The notes: generated from the sequence alone by a model not told the origin. A stretch of DNA of 64,000 nt from Bacteroidales bacterium (GCA_040880545.1 JBBDIE010000099.1:15944-79943); one strand, 5' to 3'. Shown: positions 20,201 through 29,092, numbered from the stretch's first letter. Made by a program: numbers and translations.

Positions 20201-21475
20201 TTGATTTGCATCCCTGTAGAGAGATGATATATAATTAGAGCAAACACTGTTTCTCTTATCAGGATCGTGTCTGAAATGTGAAATTAACCCGGATGAGCGA
20301 TCAATCCTGTCCAGACCATCGTTATAGAGGCCCACCCATATAAAACCGGCCGGATCTTTAAATACAGACCTCACTGTCCTTCCTCCAAGGCCCGGATACT
20401 CTCCGGACCTGAACCTGTAAGACTTGAAATTCCTGGTATTAATATTTATACTGGTAAACCCTTCGTTCAGATAAGTTAACCAGATGATGCCCGATCTGTT
20501 TCCATAAATCCCTGTGATAGGTTCCTTGAGGATGCTGTTCTTGTTCTCTGTTTCGTGTTCAAGCAACTGTATATTACCCGTAAGCCTGTCTATCCTTGAT
20601 AGAATGTTACCCGATGCTACCCAAAGGTCTTTGTTGTAATCCTCATAGATCGCTGTAATATTCGCATTGAATCTATCCCTGGTATTACCCGAATGTTTTG
20701 AAAAATTTAGTTCAGGCTCAGTGAAACTGTAATTGTGCTCATCAAACTTAAGCAATCCGCCTGATGTTCCCAGCCAACAGATACCTTTCGAGTCAACATA
20801 AATCGTATTTAGCTTTCCTGCATCAACAGGACTTTGAATATCCTTCACATTCGTTATGGAAAGTGTTTTGGTAATGAGATCATATCTCTTAAATGTACTT
20901 TCAGTAATGATCCATAGTTCCGTGCTGTCATGGTTCAACACAAAATTCCCCGTAAATTCATCCGGGTAAACGAAGAAATTTTCCTTGGTACTGTCTATCC
21001 TTACCAGCTGGTTGTGACAAGTGGTCCAAATGGATCCCGACTTATCCTGTACTACGGAAGCCTGCCTGGTGATCTCATTTCTTTTAACCTCTGCAAAGGG
21101 AAGGTTTGATAACAGGTTTTTAAACTGATCCGTCTGCTTATGATATATATCGATCCCGTCGTCAAGTACAATGATGATATCACCATCGCGGTCTTCAAAA
21201 ATATCCACCACAAAATTACTACTGAGTGTTCCCTCTATCGCGGGATTCGATGTATAGGTTTTAAATTCATACCCGTCGTACTTCTGTAATCCGTTATAAG
21301 TAATTATCCAGATGTATCCGGACCTGTCGGTAAAAATTTTGAATACGTTATCGCTGATCAGACCGGTGGCTATGTTGTAGTGGTCATAAATATATTCCTT
21401 GTCCTGCGAAAAAAGATTGTTTCCGCAAAGCAAGAAAACAATGATCACTATATAGGATACGAACCTCCCTGGCAT
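17270..21475 (-). CDS. Hybrid two-component system regulator (HTCS): periplasmic beta-propeller/Y_Y_Y sensor, HisKA-HATPase, REC, AraC-type HTH
   Basis: 1401 aa. The domain order is:
- N-terminal signal/TM
- two-component-regulator propeller repeats (GLISDNVFKIFTDRSGYIWIITYNGLQKYDG ...)
- a TM segment (VAYTIYAILLLGLIFLITYFLI)
- an H-box (FFTYVSHEFKTPLSLI)
- an ATPase with a G-box (SDTGVGISKE..GSGIGLALVK)
- a receiver (RILLVEDHSQLR..DLIITDWIMPVMDG)
- a C-terminal AraC HTH. Confidence 0.93.
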   Translation of the reverse strand: MPGRFVSYIVIIVFLLCGNNLFSQDKEYIYDHYNIATGLISDNVFKIFTDRSGYIWIITYNGLQKYDGYEFKTYTSNPAIEGTLSSNFVVDIFEDRDGDIIIVLDDGIDIYHKQTDQFKNLLSNLPFAEVKRNEITRQASVVQDKSGSIWTTCHNQLVRIDSTKENFFVYPDEFTGNFVLNHDSTELWIITESTFKRYDLITKTLSITNVKDIQSPVDAGKLNTIYVDSKGICWLGTSGGLLKFDEHNYSFTEPELNFSKHSGNTRDRFNANITAIYEDYNKDLWVASGNILSRIDRLTGNIQLLEHETENKNSILKEPITGIYGNRSGIIWLTYLNEGFTSININTRNFKSYRFRSGEYPGLGGRTVRSVFKDPAGFIWVGLYNDGLDRIDRSSGLISHFRHDPDKRNSVCSNYISSLYRDANQRLWVGSHDNGLCYVDHIYDKELIFVRPEFLNNNDEIYHIQGDRFGRIWFGTRMGLGMFDYRDESFHWILKDHNVQSFLFDENTIWIASWDFGLCKLNFSPEQFAAVIPAFDSTTSKDYRKMAPISGNFSSTNQGGMQNGISIHQDPQSNIWVGTYDKGLARVFTAGNEYRYKFYDVSRGAPGNAVYGVTGDEQGNIWISTEHGIGKFDPESEIFENFYRDDGLLSDYFMWKSYYRAPDGEFFFGSVDGLNLFYPHEITKDTINLKVLISELRIQNRVINYGDTVNGDVILHKHITYQDTLILNYRNNTLSFEFITSGQLNTSNIIYKHMLAGYDENWITHEKGSRLASYNNLPHGTYYFRVKASISEGTWSERFSEKKIVVLPPWWETKVAYTIYAILLLGLIFLITYFLIRFLKLKHELIYNEKLHQSKLMFFTYVSHEFKTPLSLILAPLDELLNSNNLSPHARKNLGLAKQNADSLLGLVNELMEFRRTDIGISKLKPEQIELTSFATKVAQKFEFVAAQKEIQFLINFQENRLKIWVDTQKFRKIINNLIENAMKYTPQGGLITLSMIMNPENYKFRENYNTLHLGQNKKETSYIGILVSDTGVGISKESLPKIFDRFYQIDAEKASHHIGSGIGLALVKNLVLMHQGEIRVASERGEGTDILIMLPLGQQHLHEVEDGDRVLQSDPYKEEDVAASDEKLIAMEHDISPTKISNRPRILLVEDHSQLRGYLKDNFSGEYQVLEASNGKEGLKILEEIKPDLIITDWIMPVMDGKEFISKVKTNKSRSSIPVIFLTARDELHNKQEGLDLGADQVITKPFNIQLLKIQVKRIIENNRARKQKYGTDNLEHLMEVKDYRDDQFLDEVERVIYEHIKDPELNAAFIARELTSSRTALYTKIRQISGMTLGAYIQKIRLKHAIKLMMYENLTVSEVYVRVGISSSSYLIRLFRKYYKTTPKEFIKNFEEDFNQISK

Positions 21476-21567
21476 GGCTGGTTTTTAATACGGAACTGTT
21501 CTGAAATATACAGTATTATTTAGTGATTTTCAAATGGGAGGTTCTCCAGACAGGCAGAAAAGAAAAA

Positions 21568-21876
21568 TTACCTTCCAATTACCATTATGGTCCTGGTCGC
21601 CACATCACTTTTGGATCTGTTGCTTGCAACCAGTTCAATGGTAAATTCTCCTGGGTTGGTATAGGTATGTACCGGATTTGCCAAACTACTGGTGGAGCTA
21701 TCTCCAAAATCCCACGAATAGGACCTGGCCTCTTCGGTTAGATTTGTAAACGTTACCTCCTGACCTGCTGTGGATATTTCCGGAGTCCATGTGAAATCCG
21801 CCACAGGTTCTTCTTCCCCGCAGGAAACAAAAAGAACAATTGTAACGAGCAACAGAAACATCATGAAATTTTTCAT
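21568..21876 (-). CDS. Small PKD-domain lipoprotein
   Basis: 102 aa with lipobox LFVSC-GEEE. FTWTPE..GQEVTFTNLT..SYSWDFGD..ANPVHTYTNPGEFTIELVASN is a canonical PKD repeat. Confidence 0.8.
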   Translation of the reverse strand: MKNFMMFLLLVTIVLFVSCGEEEPVADFTWTPEISTAGQEVTFTNLTEEARSYSWDFGDSSTSSLANPVHTYTNPGEFTIELVASNRSKSDVATRTIMVIGR

Positions 21877-22024
21877 GGCTTATATTGTTGGTTTTATCGT
21901 ACCGGCATATATCCGGCCTTCATCTAAAATTACGAAATTAAAAGAAATTTTTGCAATTTATTTAATATTCATTAACTACCTGCCATAAGGATTTCATATA
22001 ATTTAACTTTCCTGTTATCGTATG

Positions 22025-22070
22025 AAAAAACCCGGAGATAAATCAGAAAAATTTCATCTCCAGGTTTTTC
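22025..22070 (-). terminator. Rho-independent (bidirectional) terminator downstream of the 22121-22975 gene
   Basis: The stem is cccggagat / atctccagg (one bulge) with a ~16-nt loop. It is flanked by A6 (22025-22030) on the plus strand, which reads as a T-run on the minus strand, and by TTTTT on the other side. Confidence 0.5.
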
Positions 22071-22120
22071 AGAGGCATTTTCATGTAGATTTACTGTGTT
22101 CCCTTTTAAGTGAACAAATA

Positions 22121-22975
22121 TCAAAAATGAACCATCAGATATAATCGTCCGGCATTAAACCCGTTATCGTACATCCTGGTGGTAAATGAAATATTTGACC
22201 CCGATGGATTTACAGCCTGCTCGTAAGTAACTACATTGCCTTGTTGAACAGTCTCATAGGTAAGATGATCCTGGGTTTCCAGGTTGTATGAACCATAGAT
22301 TCCCAGCTCACCGCCTATGCTGATCTTGGGTAAAAAGAAATATTCAAAACCGGCAAATATTCCGCCATTTACAAAATGACTCCCGGAGTTGACATTCATC
22401 AACTGACGGGATGCAGGGTTTGTACCGCCACCATACCAGTTTGTTGATGTGGGATTGGTATTGGCGGCAGTCATTTGATTGCCCCACTGGTATTCGGTAA
22501 TTAACTTATCAAAGTAGTATGAAACTGTAACTCCAACAGTTCCGCGAACTTTGTTCATATCCCTGAATACCTGGTATCCTGTTCCAATACCGATCCCCCT
22601 GCTGACCATTTTTCTCAGATCTTCTACCTGCGCAAGCGGATTCTGGGCTACATTGGCATCATCCTGCACATAACTTTTGCTGTAGGAAGTATTTCTGTTT
22701 ACATAGAGTTCGGCGCGAACCGCGGAGAGGTCAGTCAGAAAATATCTGGCAAAAAGTGTAGACGTCCCAATATTCAGGGTATTACGGGCATCATGACCGC
22801 TAAAGATATTTCCCATAAATTCAAGGTACGGTACTGCATCGATACCAATTGCAAAATCACCTGCAACAGGCAAATCTGCATTACCCATGCCAAATCCCCC
22901 TTGTGAAGTTTCTTCCTGAGCATTTGTTACCAAACAAAATGCTGTAAGAAACAAAATCGTTGTAGTTTTTTTCAT
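22121..22975 (-). CDS. Outer-membrane beta-barrel protein (porin-like), function unknown
   Basis: The likely start is MKKTTTILFLTAFCLVTNAQ (a signal peptide, M11 of the track ORF). The sequence shows an alternating amphipathic beta-strand pattern, is rich in G/Y/N, and ends in ..LYLMVHF (aromatic terminus). Confidence 0.6.
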   Translation of the reverse strand: MKKTTTILFLTAFCLVTNAQEETSQGGFGMGNADLPVAGDFAIGIDAVPYLEFMGNIFSGHDARNTLNIGTSTLFARYFLTDLSAVRAELYVNRNTSYSKSYVQDDANVAQNPLAQVEDLRKMVSRGIGIGTGYQVFRDMNKVRGTVGVTVSYYFDKLITEYQWGNQMTAANTNPTSTNWYGGGTNPASRQLMNVNSGSHFVNGGIFAGFEYFFLPKISIGGELGIYGSYNLETQDHLTYETVQQGNVVTYEQAVNPSGSNISFTTRMYDNGFNAGRLYLMVHF

Positions 22976-23102
22976 AAGTACATATTTTATGTAAAGTAGT
23001 ATCATTTAATTAGTTGCAAATTACATTTATAGTTCCGGGAACTTGTTGCCTCACATCAAATCAATATTTAACAAATGTTCGGCTACCCCTTATCAGTTAT
23101 GG

Positions 23103-23588
23103 TTAATTGGTGTATTCTTCCAACACAGAAAATCCAAGTGTGCCATAAAAAATATTTGTTGTCCCTGCTGTTACGCCACTAAATGTTGAACTGTACTTAT
23201 AGAGCCTCCATTGCGTGGTAGTCTCATCAACCACATAATCGTGTTCAAAATCATCAATTCTCACATAAACTGGTACCCCGTTGTCGGTGGCAGGAACCTC
23301 AACAGATACCATTCCATTGGATGTGGTGGCCTCAGTTTTCCATCTGCCCATTCCGGTAAAATTCGGATTAAGGCTGCTGTAATTTACAGAAATCAGGACC
23401 TTCGTTCCGTCTTCGATGGACTCCATACCATCACTGGAAGCATCCAGTTCACCACGCAGGTACAGTTGGAATGTTGCAGTCTGCGTTGAATCAATTTGGA
23501 AGGCAGTGGTTACTATTTCCTTTTCACAACCGGAGAAATAGATCATTGCGCAGATTGCTGCGCAAACAATAATAATTTGTTTTTTCAT
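23103..23588 (-). CDS. Hypothetical lipoprotein
   Basis: The likely start is MKKQIIIVCAAICAMIYFSGC-EKE (ATG 23588-23586). I recognise no family. Confidence 0.5.
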   Translation of the reverse strand: MKKQIIIVCAAICAMIYFSGCEKEIVTTAFQIDSTQTATFQLYLRGELDASSDGMESIEDGTKVLISVNYSSLNPNFTGMGRWKTEATTSNGMVSVEVPATDNGVPVYVRIDDFEHDYVVDETTTQWRLYKYSSTFSGVTAGTTNIFYGTLGFSVLEEYTN

Positions 23589-23852
23589 CTCACAGATTTT
23601 TAGGTTTATAAAATTGGTTGACAATAAATTTTTAGTGATATAACAATCCATTGTACATCCATGTTTTTTAACAACATGTTAAAATGTTGATAATTAGTTT
23701 TTCCAACGGAATTGAGGTAAAAAGGTTACACAGAATGGATATATTGAATTCTTTACCCTGAATAGGATCGACTACTTCATCCCCCATATCTGGCCGGACA
23801 TGTGGAGATAAAAAGTTTCGCACTACAATTTGAAAGAATAATTTTTTAACGT

Positions 23853-23873
23853 CTGGTTAACACCGACAGGAAT
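23853..23873. repeat. Degenerate copy of tRNA-Arg 3' end (outermost att-like site)
   Basis: ctggttaacaccgacaggaat aligned to ctggta-gctccaacaggact (the 33.6-kb copy) gives about 15/21 matches, including the ctggt flank. It lies exactly 50 nt upstream of leader copy 1, the same spacing as in unit 2. Confidence 0.45.
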
Positions 23874-23923
23874 AATATGCATACTTTTCTTTACAAGTCC
23901 TATATAACAATACAGCTGATATT

Positions 23924-24262
23924 TGATTATCATAGAGTTAGTTATATGAAATTCATTGTGATTTCAATTTCATTTCAAATGTTTACCCATGTTTACCAAA
24001 AATGGAAATTCTTAAAAAAGATTCTCGATGATACCAGTTGAAATCATATTTGTTGGACTAGCAATCCAGGAAGGTTAGTCACCTGTTTAAAAAATTCATC
24101 CAGGAAATTGTGAGATTCGTTTTTTTATTCTAAATTTATATAGCCAACGTGAATTAACTCGTAATCTATTATGCCTAAAACCCTTATCAATCTCAATAAG
24201 TGGAAACCTAATTTGCATCTTTGGAGACATGTACAAGGTACATTTTTCCGAGGGGAGTACTG
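23924..24262 (+). repeat. Conserved ~340-bp non-coding leader, copy 1
   Basis: Bases 23971-24173 are identical base for base to 29278-29480 (203 bp). The flanks (23924-23970 and 24174-24262) are alignable with scattered mismatches. The leader contains GTTTACC x2 (23981, 23991) and ATCCAGGAA x2 (24064, 24098). Confidence 0.9.
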
Positions 24263-24359
24263 AAACTTTCCATAAGCAAAATTCAAAAAAGACTCACCCC
24301 CGACTCTCTCAAAAGCTTCGAGGGTGAGGAAAACCGAAGTTTAATTAAACATTACAAAG

Positions 24360-25265
24360 ATGAAGAAAATAATAATAACATTTGTTCTTTCATTATTACT
24401 AATAAGTTGTTCCAAAAAAGATACTATTGATGTTCCAATTGTTCTTGACCTTGGATTCAACTTCGAATATACTAATGCAATACTTAATTTTTCAACAGTG
24501 GAAGATTATGAATCAGCAATTACCTATATTAATTCGGATCCCTCGCAAATAAACATTTTTAACGGAAAAAATGGATTTGTTTCATTGTATTCCATTTCAG
24601 AAGAAAGTTTCCTTGATGAAAATTGTGATGAAATAATTTCCTCATTATTAAATGAAAATCAGGAAATTATTATTCAAAATGTACAATTCATCTTAGATTT
24701 TAATTCACGAACTGTTACGGCAATTAATTTAAATAGTGAAGAATACCTAAAATCTAACTCCAAAAGTATTTTTAGCTTCGACGATTATGTATTATTTGAA
24801 GTGTTTAGTAAGTCAAATGATGAAAGAGCCTTTAAAAAGGAAATTCTGTTAGATCCATGTCCTGGAAAAGACCAAAAATCTTATCAAACAGTCTTCACAT
24901 ATCATGATATTGAATTACGACAGCAATACTTAAAACTTGGAATATATTATTCATTGACTGCAAAAATTACAAAAGATTTTCCTGAAGATTATTATATGGC
25001 AGTCCAAACATACTGGCAAACATGTTGTTGGCAAAAACTTAATGAAGGAATTGGATCTGCAACGGAATTCGATGAATGTACCGGCACTTTTGATAATGAT
25101 GCAAAAGTAAAACCATATTCAAGTTCGAATAGGTTAGCAAAATTTCACTTGAAGGCAAACTACTATATTTTGGACTCTGAGGATGATCAAGGTAGCACTT
25201 TAGGTGATTGGGATCAATATATGAAGTGTGATTGTCCTACTTGCGATGATCTTCTAGAACTTTAA
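24360..25265 (+). CDS. Hypothetical lipoprotein with Cys-rich C-terminus (unit 1 only)
   Basis: 301 aa with lipobox LLISC-SKKD. The C-terminal region has CCWQK..DECTGTF..MKCDCPTCDD. I recognise no family. Confidence 0.55.
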   Translation: MKKIIITFVLSLLLISCSKKDTIDVPIVLDLGFNFEYTNAILNFSTVEDYESAITYINSDPSQINIFNGKNGFVSLYSISEESFLDENCDEIISSLLNENQEIIIQNVQFILDFNSRTVTAINLNSEEYLKSNSKSIFSFDDYVLFEVFSKSNDERAFKKEILLDPCPGKDQKSYQTVFTYHDIELRQQYLKLGIYYSLTAKITKDFPEDYYMAVQTYWQTCCWQKLNEGIGSATEFDECTGTFDNDAKVKPYSSSNRLAKFHLKANYYILDSEDDQGSTLGDWDQYMKCDCPTCDDLLEL

Positions 25266-25283
25266 TTCCTTAAATTAACTCTT

Positions 25284-25859
25284 ATGAAAAATGTTAGACC
25301 AATACGAATGTATTTACTACTCCTTCTTATGAACATTTATATACTTTTGATAGGTCAGGAGCAACCACCAAGTCTTTTTATTTCTTCAGGTATAACCTAT
25401 TTCTCAGAGTTAGATTTGGCAGGTCCAAATATTTCTTTGGACCTGCAATTTCCAATAAATGATCTTTTTGCGCTAAATGCTGGGATCGAAACTTCTAATG
25501 CCCACTCAATTGATTATATTGGAGGAGAAGAGGGTATATACCTAATTAATTTCAATTCTATCAATAGTAGTATTTCAATTATTCCAATTCATGATAAGAA
25601 CAATTTTGAGGTAAATATTGGGGGATTATTTCATTATACTGGATATAGTCAATTTCTATATAAAGACGTACGTAAATTAGACAATGATCAAATAATACAA
25701 ATAAGGGAATATCTTGCATCTGGTCGAAGGAAGTTTTCATACCAACTATCGGCAAAATACTTTTATTTCAAAGAGAAATATAAATATGGTGTAGAAATCC
25801 AATATATAAACTATGCTCAAATCCTTTCATGTTCTTTTTTATTTGGATTCTCTCTTTAA
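25284..25859 (+). CDS. Small putative outer-membrane beta-barrel protein
   Basis: 191 aa with a hydrophobic N-terminal signal, alternating beta-strand-like segments and a hydrophobic C-terminus (..SFLFGFSL). It occupies the same position as the 29733-30269 gene in unit 2. Confidence 0.45.
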   Translation: MKNVRPIRMYLLLLLMNIYILLIGQEQPPSLFISSGITYFSELDLAGPNISLDLQFPINDLFALNAGIETSNAHSIDYIGGEEGIYLINFNSINSSISIIPIHDKNNFEVNIGGLFHYTGYSQFLYKDVRKLDNDQIIQIREYLASGRRKFSYQLSAKYFYFKEKYKYGVEIQYINYAQILSCSFLFGFSL

Positions 25860-25883
25860 TGGTATAAGATTCATAAAATAAAA

Positions 25884-26801
25884 ATGAAACGGACAATATT
25901 GTATATCTCTTTGGGAATTATTTCCTTAATTCCACTTTGCCTTCTCAATTGTTCAAGAGAAATACTATTTGATATACCACCAGTAGAGGACGCTATAGTA
26001 ATTAATGGGCTTTTAGTGGCAGATTCATCATTGAATTTAAAAATTAGCAGAACCTATAATATAGGTGAACTGCCAACAGATGACAATTTTAATTACATTG
26101 TAGTAGTAGAAACTGATCAGGGAGAAATTGAAGAACTTACTTTAAGTACTGATATCACTTTCAGGACCAGTAGTAAATTTCATTCAGGGAATATAGTTAG
26201 TTTAAAAACATATTATAAGGATAACATAATTTTTGCTTGCGATACAATTCCTGAAAAAGCAATCGTAAAGAATATTGAGAGAATTGAGAACGTTGGGATC
26301 GATGAGGAAGGAATTCCTTTTTCTCAAGTCATTGTTTCTATAAGTGATATAAACAGTACAAATGATTTTTACGAAATCAAACTATCTCTTCTAAATCCTA
26401 ATAATCAAGGAACTATAGAGCTTAGTCCCTATTCAACAGAAGATCCGATATTAAATAACGAAGGTTTACCTTTTTTTATCAGCAGTGCTTTCCCATTCTC
26501 TGATAGATTGTTTTCTGAAAAAAATGCTTCCATATTTATAAATTATATGACTCCTAAAATATACAGGAATGACACTATTGAAGAGATGTTCCCAAATCAT
26601 AGTATAATTGTTGAAGTAAGAAAAACAAGCTATTCTTATTATCAATACAGAAGAACTGTTCTAATTCAGGAAATGTCTAAATATCCAGATTTTTGGAACG
26701 GAATGGGAAGTCCTATATCCCTTTATTCTAATATTGATGAAGGGTTGGGTATTCTTGCATCATATTCTTCAATTATTGACACAATCAATTATGAAGAATG
26801 A
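25884..26801 (+). CDS. DUF4249-like lipoprotein (TBDR-associated)
   Basis: 305 aa with a signal ending in ..LLNC-S. Its motifs are colinear with the unit 2 paralog:
- NDFYEIKL / IDYYEISL
- FSDRLF / FSDQLI
- YSYYQYRR / ENYYNYKK
- SNIDEGLGILASYS / SNVENGLGIIGAFS

The last motif is typical of DUF4249 as I recall it. The stop overlaps the TBDR start (ATGA). Confidence 0.55.
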   Translation: MKRTILYISLGIISLIPLCLLNCSREILFDIPPVEDAIVINGLLVADSSLNLKISRTYNIGELPTDDNFNYIVVVETDQGEIEELTLSTDITFRTSSKFHSGNIVSLKTYYKDNIIFACDTIPEKAIVKNIERIENVGIDEEGIPFSQVIVSISDINSTNDFYEIKLSLLNPNNQGTIELSPYSTEDPILNNEGLPFFISSAFPFSDRLFSEKNASIFINYMTPKIYRNDTIEEMFPNHSIIVEVRKTSYSYYQYRRTVLIQEMSKYPDFWNGMGSPISLYSNIDEGLGILASYSSIIDTINYEE

Positions 26802-29092
26802 AACGTATATTTTTCTTAACAATTATTATACTACTTTATTGTTCCCAAGTATTTGGACAGAATAAAGTTATTCGAGGGATTGTTTGTGATATCAGCTCAA
26901 ATGAAAAGCTAATTGGCGCTACAGTGTACGACCTCACCCAAAGACAAGGTTGTATTACTGATCAATATGGATCCTTTAATATTTCATCAAAGAAAGATTC
27001 ATTGCTTCTTAGATTTTCCTTTGTTGGATATCAAACAGATACGATATTGCTGTACATTCAAAAAGATACAATATTAAAAGTTAAAATGAGAAAAGGTGTA
27101 TCCATTGATGAACTAGTTATTACCAGCAGAGTAAGAGATAATTTGTATTCTCATAATTTAAGAAACAGTGAATTATCAAATTTACCTTCAATCGGAGGAG
27201 AAATTGATATATTAAAGTCATTTGCAATGTTCCCTGGAATACAAAGTGGAAATGAAGGATCAAGTGACTTGTACGTAAGAGGAGGAGAAAAAGGGGAAAA
27301 TCTGATATTAATTGATAATATTCCACTATATTATGTTAATCATCTGGGAAGTTTTGTTTCGGTATTTAATCCTGAAATAATAAATCATGTAACAATTAGT
27401 AAATATGGATTCACCCCTTCCTTTGGAGGTAGACTTTCATCTGTGTTGGAAATAGTATTGAGAGAAGGAAATAGTGAAAAGATTTCAGGTCAGGGAAGTG
27501 TTGGATTAATCTCGTCAAAATTATCAATAGATGGTCCAATTTCTGACAAATTAACATTTCTTGTTTCTTATAGAAGAACATATGCCGATGTTTTTACCCG
27601 AACATTCATGGCATTAATGAATGATAATTTCTCTTTAGGGTATAATTTCTATGACTTTAACTTTAAGATCACTTATAAAATTGATGAGAAAAACACAGTT
27701 CATGTGTTTAATTATCTGGGAGATGACAATCTGTCCTTTAGGTATAAAAATAGAAAAGAAGATGAAAGTTCCAGAGTTAAAAATATTTGGGGGAACGCAG
27801 TAATTTCATTGAATTTAAATACATTCTTAAATAGTAGGTGGCAACTCCGAAATGATTTGTATTTTACAAGGTACCGTAAACGGGATGATTTCTCTTATGA
27901 ACTTAAAAATGACAATCTATTTAATTTTCACAGGACTATTATATCAGGTGTCAGAGATATTGGTTTTAAATCAAATATATCATATACACCTATAGGAAAC
28001 TATACTGTTCAATTTGGAAGTGATTTAAAGTATCATCAATTTGTGCCATCGGAAATAATCTATTTTGATAGAATTCGCCTGGCGGAATTGGTATCTACTA
28101 GAGAGCTGGAAGCTGCCTTTCATTTGAATAACAAAATAAATTATAATAATATAATTTTTCAGGAAGCAGGCTTAAGAGCAACATACTATAGTGGATTTGA
28201 AGAAACTCAACGTCTATTCTTTGAACCAAGATATAAATCTACTTTAAATATCTCAAGAGGTCTAACAGTCATATTATCATATGACAGAATGCATCAGTTT
28301 GTGCATAATTTAAATTCCTCTGGTAATATAATTAACGCTGAAATATGGATTCCAGTAAGTGATCAACTTCCTGCTTCAGTATCTGATCAAGTCAGTGGAG
28401 GTTTTTTGTATAGTTTTTTGGAAAGCAAGCATCAATTTAGTATTAATATTTATAGAAAATGGTATTCTAATTTAATTAATTTTAAGGCTGGTGAAATTAG
28501 TCTTGCCGGAGATAAGAATTGGGAAAATCGAATTGCCACAAATGGCAGTGGAAGTGCAGAAGGAATTGAATTTCTTTTGCAGAGAAATGCGGGATCTATA
28601 ACAGGACTATTAGCTTACACATTTTCAAAATCAAAAAGAAAATTTATTGAATTGAATAATGGAAATCCTTTTGTTTCAGATTTTGACCGTCCACATGATA
28701 TAACTTTGAATTTAAATTATTCTATAAATGAAAAATATAATATTAATCTTTTATGTTTATATAAATCAGGATTACCCGTAACGCTTCCTGTAGGGGCACA
28801 TTATTCCCTTGACCTTAATGGTACTATTTCAAATAATCCATTTGAAGCATTTATATATTCAGATAAAAATGAATATAGAATGCGTCCATATCACCGAATG
28901 GATTTAGCTTTTTCCTATAAGAAATTAAAAAAAGGTAAAGAAATTAGATGGGATTTTTCAATTTATAACGTCTATAATAGGTTTAATCCTTACTTTTTGT
29001 TTGTTGAATCTGATGAATCAAAGAAAATGATAATAAAAGAACAAAGCTTTTTCCCTATTATTCCCTCATTAAGTTATCAGATTAAGTTTTAA
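26798..29092 (+). CDS. TonB-dependent receptor with N-terminal carboxypeptidase-regulatory-like domain (no SusD partner)
   Basis: 764 aa. The N-terminal domain is VIRGIVCDISSNEKLIGATVYD..DQYGSFNI. The plug is LPSIGGEIDILKSFAMFPGIQSGNEGSSDLYVRGGEKGENLILIDNIPLY. The C-terminal barrel ends in PSLSYQIKF. Confidence 0.88.
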   Translation: MKRIFFLTIIILLYCSQVFGQNKVIRGIVCDISSNEKLIGATVYDLTQRQGCITDQYGSFNISSKKDSLLLRFSFVGYQTDTILLYIQKDTILKVKMRKGVSIDELVITSRVRDNLYSHNLRNSELSNLPSIGGEIDILKSFAMFPGIQSGNEGSSDLYVRGGEKGENLILIDNIPLYYVNHLGSFVSVFNPEIINHVTISKYGFTPSFGGRLSSVLEIVLREGNSEKISGQGSVGLISSKLSIDGPISDKLTFLVSYRRTYADVFTRTFMALMNDNFSLGYNFYDFNFKITYKIDEKNTVHVFNYLGDDNLSFRYKNRKEDESSRVKNIWGNAVISLNLNTFLNSRWQLRNDLYFTRYRKRDDFSYELKNDNLFNFHRTIISGVRDIGFKSNISYTPIGNYTVQFGSDLKYHQFVPSEIIYFDRIRLAELVSTRELEAAFHLNNKINYNNIIFQEAGLRATYYSGFEETQRLFFEPRYKSTLNISRGLTVILSYDRMHQFVHNLNSSGNIINAEIWIPVSDQLPASVSDQVSGGFLYSFLESKHQFSINIYRKWYSNLINFKAGEISLAGDKNWENRIATNGSGSAEGIEFLLQRNAGSITGLLAYTFSKSKRKFIELNNGNPFVSDFDRPHDITLNLNYSINEKYNINLLCLYKSGLPVTLPVGAHYSLDLNGTISNNPFEAFIYSDKNEYRMRPYHRMDLAFSYKKLKKGKEIRWDFSIYNVYNRFNPYFLFVESDESKKMIIKEQSFFPIIPSLSYQIKF

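Noticed and set aside
23698-23716. ttccaacggaattgagg as an alternative outer att-like site
   Set aside because: Its similarity to the tRNA 3' end needs a gap and is weaker than for 23853-23873. The latter also preserves the 50-nt spacing to the leader.
23924-24262. Leader considered as a known riboswitch (cobalamin, TPP) or as an invertible promoter
   Set aside because: I saw no B12-box-like GCCACTG core and no TPP CUGAGA/ACCUGA elements. I found no flanking inverted repeats of useful length; there is only a 7-mer TAACTAA match in copy 2.
23979-24430. 20-codon ORF inside the identical leader block (MFTHVYQKWKFLKKILDDTS, 23979-24041) and track ORF 24221..24430
   Set aside because: Identity of the peptide between copies is uninformative because the DNA is identical. 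There is no signal, no coupling to the downstream genes, and the 69-aa ORF runs across the real lipoprotein start in another frame. I kept this only as a note under the leader finding.
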